From positions 1-59,419 of IMG/VR virus record IMGVR_UViG_3300008108_000072: DNA of 59,419 bases; one strand, given 5' to 3'. The notes beneath the pieces are model-generated. The model was given only the letters and a program-made list of their open reading frames with translations. It was not told where the DNA came from and ran no database searches. Shown here piece by piece: positions 19,301 through 29,300 of this stretch (position 1 is the stretch's first letter; the number at the start of each line of letters is the position of its first letter). The position numbers and the translations under genes were made by a program. The stretch is from a virus (Duplodnaviria; Caudoviricetes).

Positions 19301-22300
19301 CTAATAGTTTTTACTCCCGAAGTAACATATACATCAGCAGCAGTATCATCATAAATTACAGTTTGTACATTTCCAGTCCAAGAAGTATTTTCTCTGGGTG
19401 GCTTGCCAGCAGGAATTAAAATAATTCCACTAGCATTTCCATTTTCGTCAGTAATAATAGGAGCATTGAACGACGATGGAGAATTGCCAGCAACTCCAGT
19501 GTATCTAATATCAGGAATTGCCCAACGATTAACATCAATACCCTCCATGAAAACATAAATTTGAGTTTGTGGCTTCAAACGAGCTAAATTAAATTTAACT
19601 GGAATACTTCTAGCAAAAAATTGAATTGAAGAAACAACTGAATTATTGTTTACTGTTTTTGTAGATACTCCTTTAGCAGTTTCATTATTGAATGGGCTGA
19701 TGTTTGAAGAACTAGCAACCGAAGCAATTTCTACGTTCGAGAAAGCTTGTTGAGAATTTACATTTGACAATGAAGTAATATTGTAGAAGTTTCTGTTGAA
19801 ACCAATCCAATTAATAATAAATGAATTGTAGAAACTTGAGAAAGAATCTTTGATATTTTCTTTCGAGATAAAAATAGTGAATAGATTTGTATTAGTATCA
19901 GTAACTAAAGGAACGATGTTTGTGTTATACCATTGATCTACTGATGGACTAATATTGGCGTCTCCTACATATTGGAGAACAACAAATGGATTTGGGTTAA
20001 TAGTTTTAGTAGCAAAACTATTGCCGAGGAGTTTTACATCAGTGAAAGGTAGTGTTACTACATCACTTGATTTTTGATAACCAGCATTCTGTCTTTCATC
20101 CTCTCTGGAATAAACTTCTTTAAGGGTGAAATTATCTTCTTTTACTTGTGGTCTTAATACAGATTGCTGAGTATCAATAGAACATTTGTAATCAACTGAA
20201 GGTAGATTGCCAATACGATGAGTTTCAAAGTTATCTACCACAAAACCACTCTTGAATCTATCTAAACCAATTTCATCTTTAATTTGCATATTTAGAGCTT
20301 GCTGCTCTAATACACTTAATAAAGTATAATATTCTAGTCTTTCAATTCTCTTTTCTAGCTTTCCAATATCCCTCATTGTATAACGCTTGTTGTCAACAGG
20401 AATAATTCTTACATCTTTGCTTGTGACAGTGAAAGCAGGGATATACAAATAGTATAGTGGAATGGAGTCGTCAACGATTTCTGGCTTGCTTGGATTAAGT
20501 GAAGAATTTCCTTCTTTGACGATAAACTCCCCATTCTTATCTAAGAAAACTCCATCAATTCTGTCTAGATATTGTGTTTCGCTGAATGATAACGTGTATT
20601 CTAAATTAGAATCCGAGGCAGGAGAACCAGAAATTATACCACCAGGACCAGCAAATTTTATGTAATCAGCCTGAGATAAGAGTGTCTTATCTTGGAAACC
20701 AGAAATGATTGTGTTACTATCAGCTTTTGGTCTAAAGTCAACAACATTTTTTAAAGAAACAATACCATAAACTGAAGAATTAAATGATGGTATTTCTTCT
20801 TGACCGACGCCAGCTTCGTGAAGATAAGAATCTACGGTACAGAAATCTCCTTGAGAATGCTCGAAATAATCAAAGCCAATAACTAACTGACCTACTGGTG
20901 CTTCGAATCCTGGCTTGAGAATTATTCTTGAAACATCATAGTGAGTATCTCTTTGCCCATCATCAAATGTAAATCTATTGGTTACATCAGTACCTGAGAT
21001 GAGATTGCCGTTTGTATCTACTTTAGGAGGATTTGTGGTTGAACCTTCATAAACATATCTTAATTTGTATACATCAGAATATGAGAAAATTTCTACTTCT
21101 TCTGTGTCATAATCTTGGCCCCTAATAGGAATAATTCTATCGCCGCTAGAAACAACTACAACTCTTTTATTTTTAATTGAAGTTTTTAATCTTGGCTTTG
21201 CTTTTGTGACTTCAATAGTAGCAGAAAGCTTTAATTTAGGGAAATTGGAAGTGAGATCACCAAAGAAATTATTTGGTAATGTGATAGTAACACTACCTGC
21301 TGTTAATCCACTTGTGGTGTCAGAAGAAGTTTCTACGTTTACATAACTAGGATCAATATAAAGAATATCACCATTCGACACTAAAGTTGAACTTCCTCTA
21401 TCGATAACAGTGATCAGGAAATTTTCTTCTGTGTAACTTGTAAATCTTTGAGTACCAAAAGGTAATTGAGCAGCAAAAGTGATAGTGCCACCACTCGAAG
21501 AACCACTGGTAATAAAATCTCTTCTAACATAATATTTAAATTTGCTGTCAGCAGTATCTTTAATGAGAGAATTTACTTGATTACTTCCTGTTGGGAAAAT
21601 AAGACTAGTGTTCAAATTAGAAACAGTTGGTCTTAATCTAACTACAGAAACATTAGTCGCTGTGTCTGGTAAAGCATAATCTAAATAAATTCTTGACTTT
21701 TTAGATCCTTCTGGTCTAGTAGCATATTGAACAATCATTTTGTTCGTTCTTCCAGTATCATCTGAGAAAAGAACAATGTCACCCTGTACTAATAGTTTTG
21801 AGGCATCGCCGCCAAAACCATTACACTCGATATACTTGTCACCAGCAAAACCAGTAAAGCTAAAATCAGTTACTGGGGTTGTTTCTGTGTAACTAGTTTT
21901 ATTTACTTCTACATCAGCACTAAATTTATTATTCTTTGCTGAACCATATTCAGCATAGAAAGATTTAACATTTTGTGGAGTAAAAGTATAAACAGAATTT
22001 CTGAATAGAATTGGTTCTACTACACAAGCTGATACCGTAGGTTCTACAGAATTAACAACTACGATTGGTGGCGTTGAATATTCCGTTGAAACAGCATCTC
22101 TGTCTAAAACATCAATTCTGTAAACAGAACTTCCTTCAGCAAAAACTTTAATTTTAGAATTATCGTAAGCTACACCATCAATTGACACAGTTGGATTTGT
22201 AAATCCAGATCCTCTCTTAGTAACAATAAAGTGAGAGATTGTGTTATCTTTAGCAATTCGTAAAATGTTTCCGTTTTCGTCCGAAATACTTTCGCCTGGT

Positions 22301-24447
22301 AAGAAGGTTCCTGAAAGAGTTTTTACGAAGAGGGTATTACCATACGAATAAAACTCCGTGAGAGATCCCTCTACGACCCCGTAAGCGCCGCTTTGTAGAC
22401 CTCTAATGTACTTGCCTGGAGTGAACGATTGGCTGCTTACATTGCTTTCTGGGTTGGTGCTATCAAGCAATAAGCGGGTAAAAAATACAGGATTGAAATA
22501 GTTGAAATTGAAAGTTGTATTATATGATGGAGTGCCATCATTTAATTTGCCTTTGGAAATAACAATATCTGTATCAGAATTAAATCCTGCTCCTTTTTCG
22601 ACAAGACTAAAATTCTTTGGTTTTGATAGACCAATTACAGGAGTAATGATTTCACTGTAATCTACAATAGTACCAAATTTATTTTGGTTAGCAAAAGCAT
22701 CAGAATTTGATAAAAATACATCTCTTAATTTAGAAGCACTTTGTTCATCGTATTCTTTCAAGAATAAAGAAAGTAAATCTTTTCTGCCATAAACAGTTAA
22801 TTCCAATAAAGGAATGTCAGTAGTGATGCCTGGGCGATTTACTTTCGAGAAAGCAATTGGCTTTACACTATCAATAGTAGATGGAGTGGTTCCAATTCTT
22901 GTTTTAATAAACCAAAGATCTGCTAATACAGTTTCGAAGTTATCGTTATTGATTGTTTGAATTGGATTTGATAAACTTGTTACGGAAATGTAAATAGTTT
23001 TAATACCATAACCAATTTCAAATCCTTCGCTTCTTCTATTAATTGTTTGCTTTTGATCTGAAGAAGCTTCTAAATTATTTTGACCAATAGTACCATCATT
23101 AAATACAGAATTTAAAAATACTGTTGGATATGAAGTAGCATCTGCTCCATCATCATTTAATGGGATAGTACCATATACATTAGTTACTTTAAACTCGGCT
23201 AATCCTTTTGTTTTTAAAGTAATATTATCTCTAGTAATAGTATCTCTAGCTTTATTTACTTCGAGATATTTGGTTTCATTGTTAACAATTTCATAACCTC
23301 TAACATAAGCTTTGCCAGGACCTACGTTGGCTAGCAATTTGTTTGAAGCTTCCGATTCCGAAATACCATTAACTAATCCACTAGCATCTTTAGAAAATAC
23401 ACCTAGGTTATTATCTTTTTGATAATATTCTCTAACTTCTAGTGGGAAATTATCTACAACATAATCACCCGATTCGTCGTAGGTTCTTCTTGCTAAAGTA
23501 TTTTCAATTAAAGTATAATCTGCTTGCTTGATCTGTTTTTGTACTACGCCTTCTTTAATTGATAAAAGTTGAATGAAATTTTTATCAGTTTGAGCATTGT
23601 ATGAATATACTTGTAGCTTTAACTCAATATTTAATCTATGTGCTCCAGGAGCTGTGTAATTAGAAAACCCTCTAGAATTATCATACAGTGAGGCATCTTG
23701 CTCAGGAGCAATAATGTTTTCTTCTACGTTAAATCCAACAATAGCAGATGGCTTATCGTAATACTTGTCAATAACAATTAATTGCTCATCATTTCTGACA
23801 AAATATCCATTTACAAAATAAATACCTTCTTCCACTTTAACAGCAGAAGCAAATCCCATAGCGGGACTTTCTATGAAAGAAGATTGATTAGTATCTGGAT
23901 TTGTAATTTTAATACTTGTTGGTAAGGCACTTCCATCAGTGCCGACCACTAATAGTGGAGTGTTTACTCCATTAATAATTTCTAGAGTTTCTCCTTGACG
24001 AAATGTTGTTTCATCCCCAGAGTTACCGCTAGTTGTGTAATTTAAAAATAAAGTATCAGATTCAGTTTCGGATCCATACTCAGCAGCAAGTACATTGGCA
24101 ATAACCCCTGAGGTAATGCCCTGTACTTGCTGCCCGACTAACTTTTTAATATCATATTTTTGGAAAACTACGTTTCCATCGATATTTACTGCTACTTCAG
24201 AAACAGAAGACAACTTAACATAGTCAAGTCTATTGTTTAACCCAACTTCGCCAGGAACAACTAAATCTCCTTGCTTAAATTGAAATTTGCCGTAGCTTTC
24301 AATTTGGCTTTGAAGAATAGACTGGAGGGAGGTTAACTCCCTCGTCTGGACAGAATATCCTGGTCTAAAAAGAACTTTGTAGAAATTCTTTCTTGGATCA
24401 AAATCGTCATAATATGGAGATACATTGAGATTTGTCTTCTGTGGCAT
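16351..24447 (-). CDS. vrlC: VrlC / DUF4815-family large virion structural protein
   Basis: MPQKTNLNVSPYYDDF, VLFRPGxxVQxRELT, APGAHR, LARRTYDESGDY, DRFKSGFVVDNF motifs. Confidence 0.85.
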   Translation of the reverse strand: MPQKTNLNVSPYYDDFDPRKNFYKVLFRPGYSVQTRELTSLQSILQSQIESYGKFQFKQGDLVVPGEVGLNNRLDYVKLSSVSEVAVNIDGNVVFQKYDIKKLVGQQVQGITSGVIANVLAAEYGSETESDTLFLNYTTSGNSGDETTFRQGETLEIINGVNTPLLVVGTDGSALPTSIKITNPDTNQSSFIESPAMGFASAVKVEEGIYFVNGYFVRNDEQLIVIDKYYDKPSAIVGFNVEENIIAPEQDASLYDNSRGFSNYTAPGAHRLNIELKLQVYSYNAQTDKNFIQLLSIKEGVVQKQIKQADYTLIENTLARRTYDESGDYVVDNFPLEVREYYQKDNNLGVFSKDASGLVNGISESEASNKLLANVGPGKAYVRGYEIVNNETKYLEVNKARDTITRDNITLKTKGLAEFKVTNVYGTIPLNDDGADATSYPTVFLNSVFNDGTIGQNNLEASSDQKQTINRRSEGFEIGYGIKTIYISVTSLSNPIQTINNDNFETVLADLWFIKTRIGTTPSTIDSVKPIAFSKVNRPGITTDIPLLELTVYGRKDLLSLFLKEYDEQSASKLRDVFLSNSDAFANQNKFGTIVDYSEIITPVIGLSKPKNFSLVEKGAGFNSDTDIVISKGKLNDGTPSYNTTFNFNYFNPVFFTRLLLDSTNPESNVSSQSFTPGKYIRGLQSGAYGVVEGSLTEFYSYGNTLFVKTLSGTFLPGESISDENGNILRIAKDNTISHFIVTKRGSGFTNPTVSIDGVAYDNSKIKVFAEGSSVYRIDVLDRDAVSTEYSTPPIVVVNSVEPTVSACVVEPILFRNSVYTFTPQNVKSFYAEYGSAKNNKFSADVEVNKTSYTETTPVTDFSFTGFAGDKYIECNGFGGDASKLLVQGDIVLFSDDTGRTNKMIVQYATRPEGSKKSRIYLDYALPDTATNVSVVRLRPTVSNLNTSLIFPTGSNQVNSLIKDTADSKFKYYVRRDFITSGSSSGGTITFAAQLPFGTQRFTSYTEENFLITVIDRGSSTLVSNGDILYIDPSYVNVETSSDTTSGLTAGSVTITLPNNFFGDLTSNFPKLKLSATIEVTKAKPRLKTSIKNKRVVVVSSGDRIIPIRGQDYDTEEVEIFSYSDVYKLRYVYEGSTTNPPKVDTNGNLISGTDVTNRFTFDDGQRDTHYDVSRIILKPGFEAPVGQLVIGFDYFEHSQGDFCTVDSYLHEAGVGQEEIPSFNSSVYGIVSLKNVVDFRPKADSNTIISGFQDKTLLSQADYIKFAGPGGIISGSPASDSNLEYTLSFSETQYLDRIDGVFLDKNGEFIVKEGNSSLNPSKPEIVDDSIPLYYLYIPAFTVTSKDVRIIPVDNKRYTMRDIGKLEKRIERLEYYTLLSVLEQQALNMQIKDEIGLDRFKSGFVVDNFETHRIGNLPSVDYKCSIDTQQSVLRPQVKEDNFTLKEVYSREDERQNAGYQKSSDVVTLPFTDVKLLGNSFATKTINPNPFVVLQYVGDANISPSVDQWYNTNIVPLVTDTNTNLFTIFISKENIKDSFSSFYNSFIINWIGFNRNFYNITSLSNVNSQQAFSNVEIASVASSSNISPFNNETAKGVSTKTVNNNSVVSSIQFFARSIPVKFNLARLKPQTQIYVFMEGIDVNRWAIPDIRYTGVAGNSPSSFNAPIITDENGNASGIILIPAGKPPRENTSWTGNVQTVIYDDTAADVYVTSGVKTIRFTSSSTDEAKDKVDTYTETKFYSSGTLPENPSSIISTVPAYFKANEGIQLVDQSTSSKEKPSPLTQTFNVENFDGGLFATGVDLYFSSKSKNIPVRIYLTNIDVGKPGKYIVPGTETTLLPNTYLKIFASGNLSIVVGEKVRGKSSGAEGPILKVLDKNNIEVLPSTTGEISLNNEQVYTLVLDNHNGIAFQQNELIEVPSVTLFNNKTAQNLTLRIAKDSGKVVDLKIKSVGTNYQSAILTIESPQLPGGSTATGTVDVSNGKIYNTEISIGGSGYTEPPSVVIRGTGNGFSGAVIESVIEIDTPAVRMGVAIDAAGVTPSTTPTRFNFRHPVYLQNDTEYTLAIETDSTDYTLWASRLTETDVSTGVSVTTQPLLGSVYKSQNTDNWTQDLFEDIKFTLYRAEFDISRTAELLLTNDNLGYEKLELDPIETYALANTNATSPLFKNNNSIIKVKHRDNGFEDSGKSYVFFKSLKDVGGFKGSSLNSTLFKISNSGVDYYNIVGPTRASANSLGGGNSGLVSYNRKFEKLYAHINYIQAPNTKIETFVKTTNIIPVDSNTQNYRSYTQTDFEKTFINEEQFFTNQKVIASRINEILNSVDRSLTYKVQLSSSVSYLSPVIDLRVASVKTSTNRIEDANGKEDRFGKRYQILTFLPVYQFLVNGTNENIEINQTVEGLTSGAKGKIVKAEGQRIWVKVTSPSSFTQQEYIFLSTQSQDGGILEGVDISIANNSIIQESFSFEINSTIVAFNPSATNEKYDNKISGKIINWDSASRKLIIENDKAPINNDYVSKITLGSAFSRDPELDNQSPDIFRVGDTLYYEGIGFGEEEFVEIGSMEFSEGVDFVSEKAAINSSSIAKYVTKEIAINQPGTSVDVRLTVNVKDISNVKLLYRIKESSSQVNFEDVEWNYFNIDGNPDNNDLATYTNTISGQIESQSSYQELKYSASNLPEFNSFAIKLVMKTNDPSYPPKIQDLRAVASY

Positions 24448-24486
24448 TGTAAATAAGTTTTAGAGAATTTCTTACTAACCTAAAAA

Positions 24487-26316
24487 TCAGAACTCAATAA
24501 CCAATTTGATGTCTTCAATTTGATCAGGGGCTCTGGTGATTAGTCTTCTATTCTCTATGTATATTACTTCTCCAGAGTTATTTTTGATTTCTGGAGTGGC
24601 AATACCATCAGTGAAAGTAGAACCAAGTAGAACAGTGCCATCGGCAAATGTAGTATCAACGGCGCCAGAAGCTAATGAAATTTCGCCAGTAATAGCGTTA
24701 GCAGCATTAGACTGGAAGGCACGAACAACTCCGTTATCTTTGTGGGAAGTTGGAGTTTGGATATACTTAAGAACGCCAGAAGTTGTGCTTCCAGAATCTA
24801 ACGTCCATGAAACGACAGTACCATAAGCAGTACCACCAGTTACTGTTTGTGAAATAGTTTCGTCTGGAACAAAACCTGCTGTAGCTCCAGTAATTTTAAC
24901 AGCGTATACGCCACTTAAAGTATCGAGAGTAGCAAAATCTGTAGTTCCATTAAGAACAGGATTTCTTAAAATGCCAATTCTACGGAAATCGTTATCTACA
25001 GGGAAATCACCAGAACCCTCAGAATAAGTTAAGCGAATGTTGAGCATTACACGCTTACCATTTAGCTCCTCTTCCATGTTTGAACCATGTCCACCTTGAG
25101 GTGAAATGATGGGCTCAATTGCTCCTGTGGCGTTAGAGGCAACAGTAACCGAAGCAGTTAGGGCACTATCACTGAATAGACCATAAGCAGTAGCTCCAGA
25201 ACCAGTACCAGTCACTAAGCCAATTGAAGCATAGCTATAACCACTACCAGGAGCAGTTACTGTTACTGAAGAAATAGCTCCACCTGAAACAACAATTTCT
25301 GCTTTGCCACCAGTGCCATCTCCTACGATAGGAGCATAATGTGTTCCGTTTGGTAAGTTAGCGCCAACAGCTTCAATTAAAGCTACGTGAACAGCACCAT
25401 CAACAGCAGCACCCTCGGTAGCAACACGAGTAGGATTAGTTTCTTCAACGATTGGCATGAAATCGGTTGAAAGGAATCTTAATACATCATCAGTTGGGAT
25501 GGTGAATAGATACTTCCAAATATAAGTATTGGATGGCTCAGCATAAATGCCGCCTGAATAAGATCCTTGACCAGCGCCAGGAGTGGTCTTTGGCTCATAA
25601 GTAGCGTTTACGCCAGTTGGATTAGCTGGAGTTTGACCGTTGTAAATACACTTAAATACTTCATAATTAGAGTTGACAACATAAAACTTAGCATCAGCAA
25701 TTGAAGTAGCACCAGTAGCAGATGATTTGCCAATTTGACCACCGCCACCAGGAGTAGCAGAGTAGTCTGGCTTCCACATGTCAAACTTTGGATTTGCTGT
25801 CAAATCCCAGTTATATCTTCTAACTACTGTTCTAGCATAAGAAGATGTAACTCTTTTAGCAGCAATGATATCATCATAGATATCATACTTTTCTGCTTGG
25901 TTGTCTAGTGGAACTGGGGGAACGTCTTCCGTAGCATATCTGTAAACACCAGTTAAAGCTTGTGCTCCAGTATTAGCAGTTCCGTTCCAGCCTTTTAAAA
26001 GTGAACCAACGCTAGGTGAAGATGATACACTTGGAAGAACATCAAAAAGCACTAAGCTGTTTTCGTGAACCTCACGAATTTTTGCTTTAAATGTAGCAGC
26101 GGCGTATGTAGAACCTACGTATACTTCCTGCCCAGCAACAAAATCGGTTGAGTTTTCGCTGTAAATTTCTAAGTAAGAATCCCATCTCTGAGGGCGTCCT
26201 ACGAAGAAATACATTCTAGTACGCTCTTCGCTAGTATCAGATGGACCTTCCGAAAGAGATTCTAAGAATTGTTCAGCATTAAAAATTCTAAATTTATCTG
26301 AAATGATAGCAGCCAT
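24487..26316 (-). CDS. gp8: Baseplate wedge subunit gp8
   Basis: MAAIISDKFRIFNA N-terminus, YIWKYLFTI, C-terminal YIENRRLITRAPDQIEDIKLVIEF. Confidence 0.9.
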   Translation of the reverse strand: MAAIISDKFRIFNAEQFLESLSEGPSDTSEERTRMYFFVGRPQRWDSYLEIYSENSTDFVAGQEVYVGSTYAAATFKAKIREVHENSLVLFDVLPSVSSSPSVGSLLKGWNGTANTGAQALTGVYRYATEDVPPVPLDNQAEKYDIYDDIIAAKRVTSSYARTVVRRYNWDLTANPKFDMWKPDYSATPGGGGQIGKSSATGATSIADAKFYVVNSNYEVFKCIYNGQTPANPTGVNATYEPKTTPGAGQGSYSGGIYAEPSNTYIWKYLFTIPTDDVLRFLSTDFMPIVEETNPTRVATEGAAVDGAVHVALIEAVGANLPNGTHYAPIVGDGTGGKAEIVVSGGAISSVTVTAPGSGYSYASIGLVTGTGSGATAYGLFSDSALTASVTVASNATGAIEPIISPQGGHGSNMEEELNGKRVMLNIRLTYSEGSGDFPVDNDFRRIGILRNPVLNGTTDFATLDTLSGVYAVKITGATAGFVPDETISQTVTGGTAYGTVVSWTLDSGSTTSGVLKYIQTPTSHKDNGVVRAFQSNAANAITGEISLASGAVDTTFADGTVLLGSTFTDGIATPEIKNNSGEVIYIENRRLITRAPDQIEDIKLVIEF

Positions 26317-26353
26317 TTAGTTAGTCTCTCTATTGAAAACGATTTATCTATCT

Positions 26354-26367
26354 TATTTATATTTATA
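26354..26367 (-). promoter_or_regulatory. Tandem T4 late promoters (TATAAATA x2, overlapping)
   Basis: Plus strand TATTTATATTTATA directly upstream of gp8. Confidence 0.7.
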
Positions 26368-26371
26368 AAAT

Positions 26372-29300
26372 TTAATCGAAGGTTCTTAAATAATCTCCCG
26401 CTGAATGAGATGCGGAAATAGTGTTATCTACACCTCTAGTAACGCCAGTAAATGATGTTGATGTTTTGTTGGTGTAACTAACAACTTCATTACCAATTAA
26501 GAGTTTTCCACTTGTTGGGAATGAAGCAGTTGACTGTACAAAAATTGTAGTCTGACTTTCCGACATACTGAAAGTGACAAAAGCTCCTATGGAATTAATA
26601 GATGGAATAGCTAAATTAAAGACAGCTCCTCCCAAAGTAATAGAAGAATTAGGTCTTTCTTCAAAGTCTTTGATTGTTAGTGATGGATATGCTCTAGATA
26701 AAGTTTCAATCGATCCAGTAACACCAAATGAGCCAGTATTAATGAATATATTATTTTCAAAAGACTTTAATGTGGGACCAGCATTACCTAAATTATATGA
26801 ATCATAGAAATCTTCTTTAAATACAGCTCTATTTTCTACAATTGCAATAGCACCAGATCTTTGATAAATTTCATTTATAGGAGAATCTAAAATAACTTCC
26901 CCAGTTCTTGTTTGTATTGGGTTTACTAGTACAGCAGTTTCTTCAAAATAATCTAAGGAACCAGTATTATAGAATATTTTTATATCAGCATTTTTTGCTA
27001 ATTTACTGGTTACAGATGATGAAGAAGTGATAATTTCTCCTAAACCAGCGACTACAGTTAATACTTGTGACGAAAGATTGTTTAATCTGACGTTATCTAA
27101 AATTGAAGTATTTAAAGTAAGCTCATCAACTACAGATTCTATTCTATTTGATATTGATAATAATGTAACTACAGCAGCATCAAAGTTTTTGACTACTAAA
27201 GTAGAAATTCTATTAACTGTAGATAAAATATCAACTTGTACTGTATTAGTTGTTACTGTGCTGGTGTGAGATACAGTAATTATTGCTGATGTTACTCTTT
27301 CAATCGAACTATGAACTGATACAGTTGTTTGAGATGAAATAATGGTATCAGAATTATCTACATTAACAGTAACTATATTAGAAATTTCGTTTTCTACTGA
27401 CTGTATTGTATTGACGATTGATGTAATAGCTAGAGCAGAAACAGAAGCAGATACAGTTGATACAAAAGAACTTGTGTATGATGTTATTGCTGTTACATAC
27501 GTTGTTGGTGGTATGATAGTGATTTGTTCAGAAACACTAACATCACTATTATCTAAATCAATTTGTTGCTGGGCAGTTAGCTCAATCTGAGTTAATTCAT
27601 TGGCGGCAGCAGATGGGACATCATTTGCTGTAGTAGACGTTATTTTAACAATAGACGTATCAGTAGAATGAATCTCAGTTACTGTTATTTCGGTAATGAT
27701 AGATGTAGATGGACCTACAGGAACTATACTTACAAGCTCTGGTAGATGACGTAAATAATCGCCAGCTTCGTGTGTCGTAGCTGTTGTTCCAGAAGCTCCT
27801 CTAATAACATTTAAGAATCTATCAGGTAATTTGCCATTGTATAATACAATTTCTTTACCAATAAGTAATCTACTTACATCAGGGAATCTTCTTGTATCTG
27901 GAATGTAAACAATAGTATCAGTTTCTGATAATGGTAGATCTAAGAAAGCACCAATATCATTAATAGAATTTGGAGCAGTTTCAACTATAGAATTATTGAC
28001 TACTTTAGTAATTTTTCTAGTAATTTCTCTGTCAGTAGATGATATTGTTGAATTAGAAACTACATTAAATGGAACGTCAATAATATTTGTAATTTCTTTA
28101 TTTACAGAAACTATACTACTAAACTGAACTGGTCTAACCAGTCCACCAGATATATAAAGCTCAGTAACATATGCTTTGTGATTTGATCCAACATTATTAA
28201 TAGTTTGAATAATAGAAGTTACATCTCTGTAATATGTTGTTTCGAGAGGACCACCAAGAGAAATAATTTCTATTTCAGTTCCTTCAATTCTGGCAGTTTC
28301 TATATTTACTATGCTTGAATAAGCCATAGTAAAGCCAGTGATTTCGATATCTAAATTTAATCTGGTGAAAGAGTCAATTTTTCTATTTGGCTCTTTGATG
28401 ATGTCGTACCCTCTGGCTACAACAACAGTAGGTGGTTCTTGATAACCAGAGCCACCGTCAAGTAAAACAATATTAATTACTTGACCATCATAGACAATGA
28501 CTTCTGCTTTTGCTCCACCACCAGTAGTGTCAGTAGGAATAAATTGTAAAATTGGTGGTGTGTAATATTGATAGGCTGTTGGCTGTAATAATAAATTATT
28601 TTCGAAGTATAATTCCAGTTCTCTTCTATTCCAATCTAACGAAACTACTTTTCCATTAGAAATGTTAGCAACAACAGCTAATCCTTCTCCACGTACAATA
28701 TCATTATAATTTGAAGAAAGAATTTTGCTATAAACACTGTTACTTACATAAGAATTTCTTCTGTAATCCTTTGTTTTTGCTTTGGCAGGAATATAAGAAA
28801 TTTCTCTATATTCATTTTCACCATCAATTTTAATTAAATCACCTGGATGTAAATTAGCATAAGAACGAGTTTGTTCGTACCAAGCTTTATCAGCTAATTC
28901 GGAGCCATACAAATATCTGCTACTTGCTCTAGATAAAACTCTATTTCCATCTGCATTTTCTTCATATGAGGTGGTTACTTGATAAGTTCCTCCTAAAGTA
29001 AAATCTGCTGTGTTATTAAATGTAGAAGTTAAAGAGAATTTTAATGGTAAGCTAGAGTTATATACTACGTTTTGTGAAGATAATGTTAGTGACCATTGAT
29101 TTGATGTAATCTTTCTAAATGCTCTTAACTTACCTAAACATACATTATTTTGATGTACCCATATTTCATTTGAGCCAATAGGTCCTATCCAATTTGAGAA
29201 GTTTGTATAGCTATTAGCTCCTGTTATAGTTAAAGTTAATTTATTGTAGAAAGTATCTCTTTCGAAATCATATGCTGTTAATGTTTGAGCAATATCTCTA

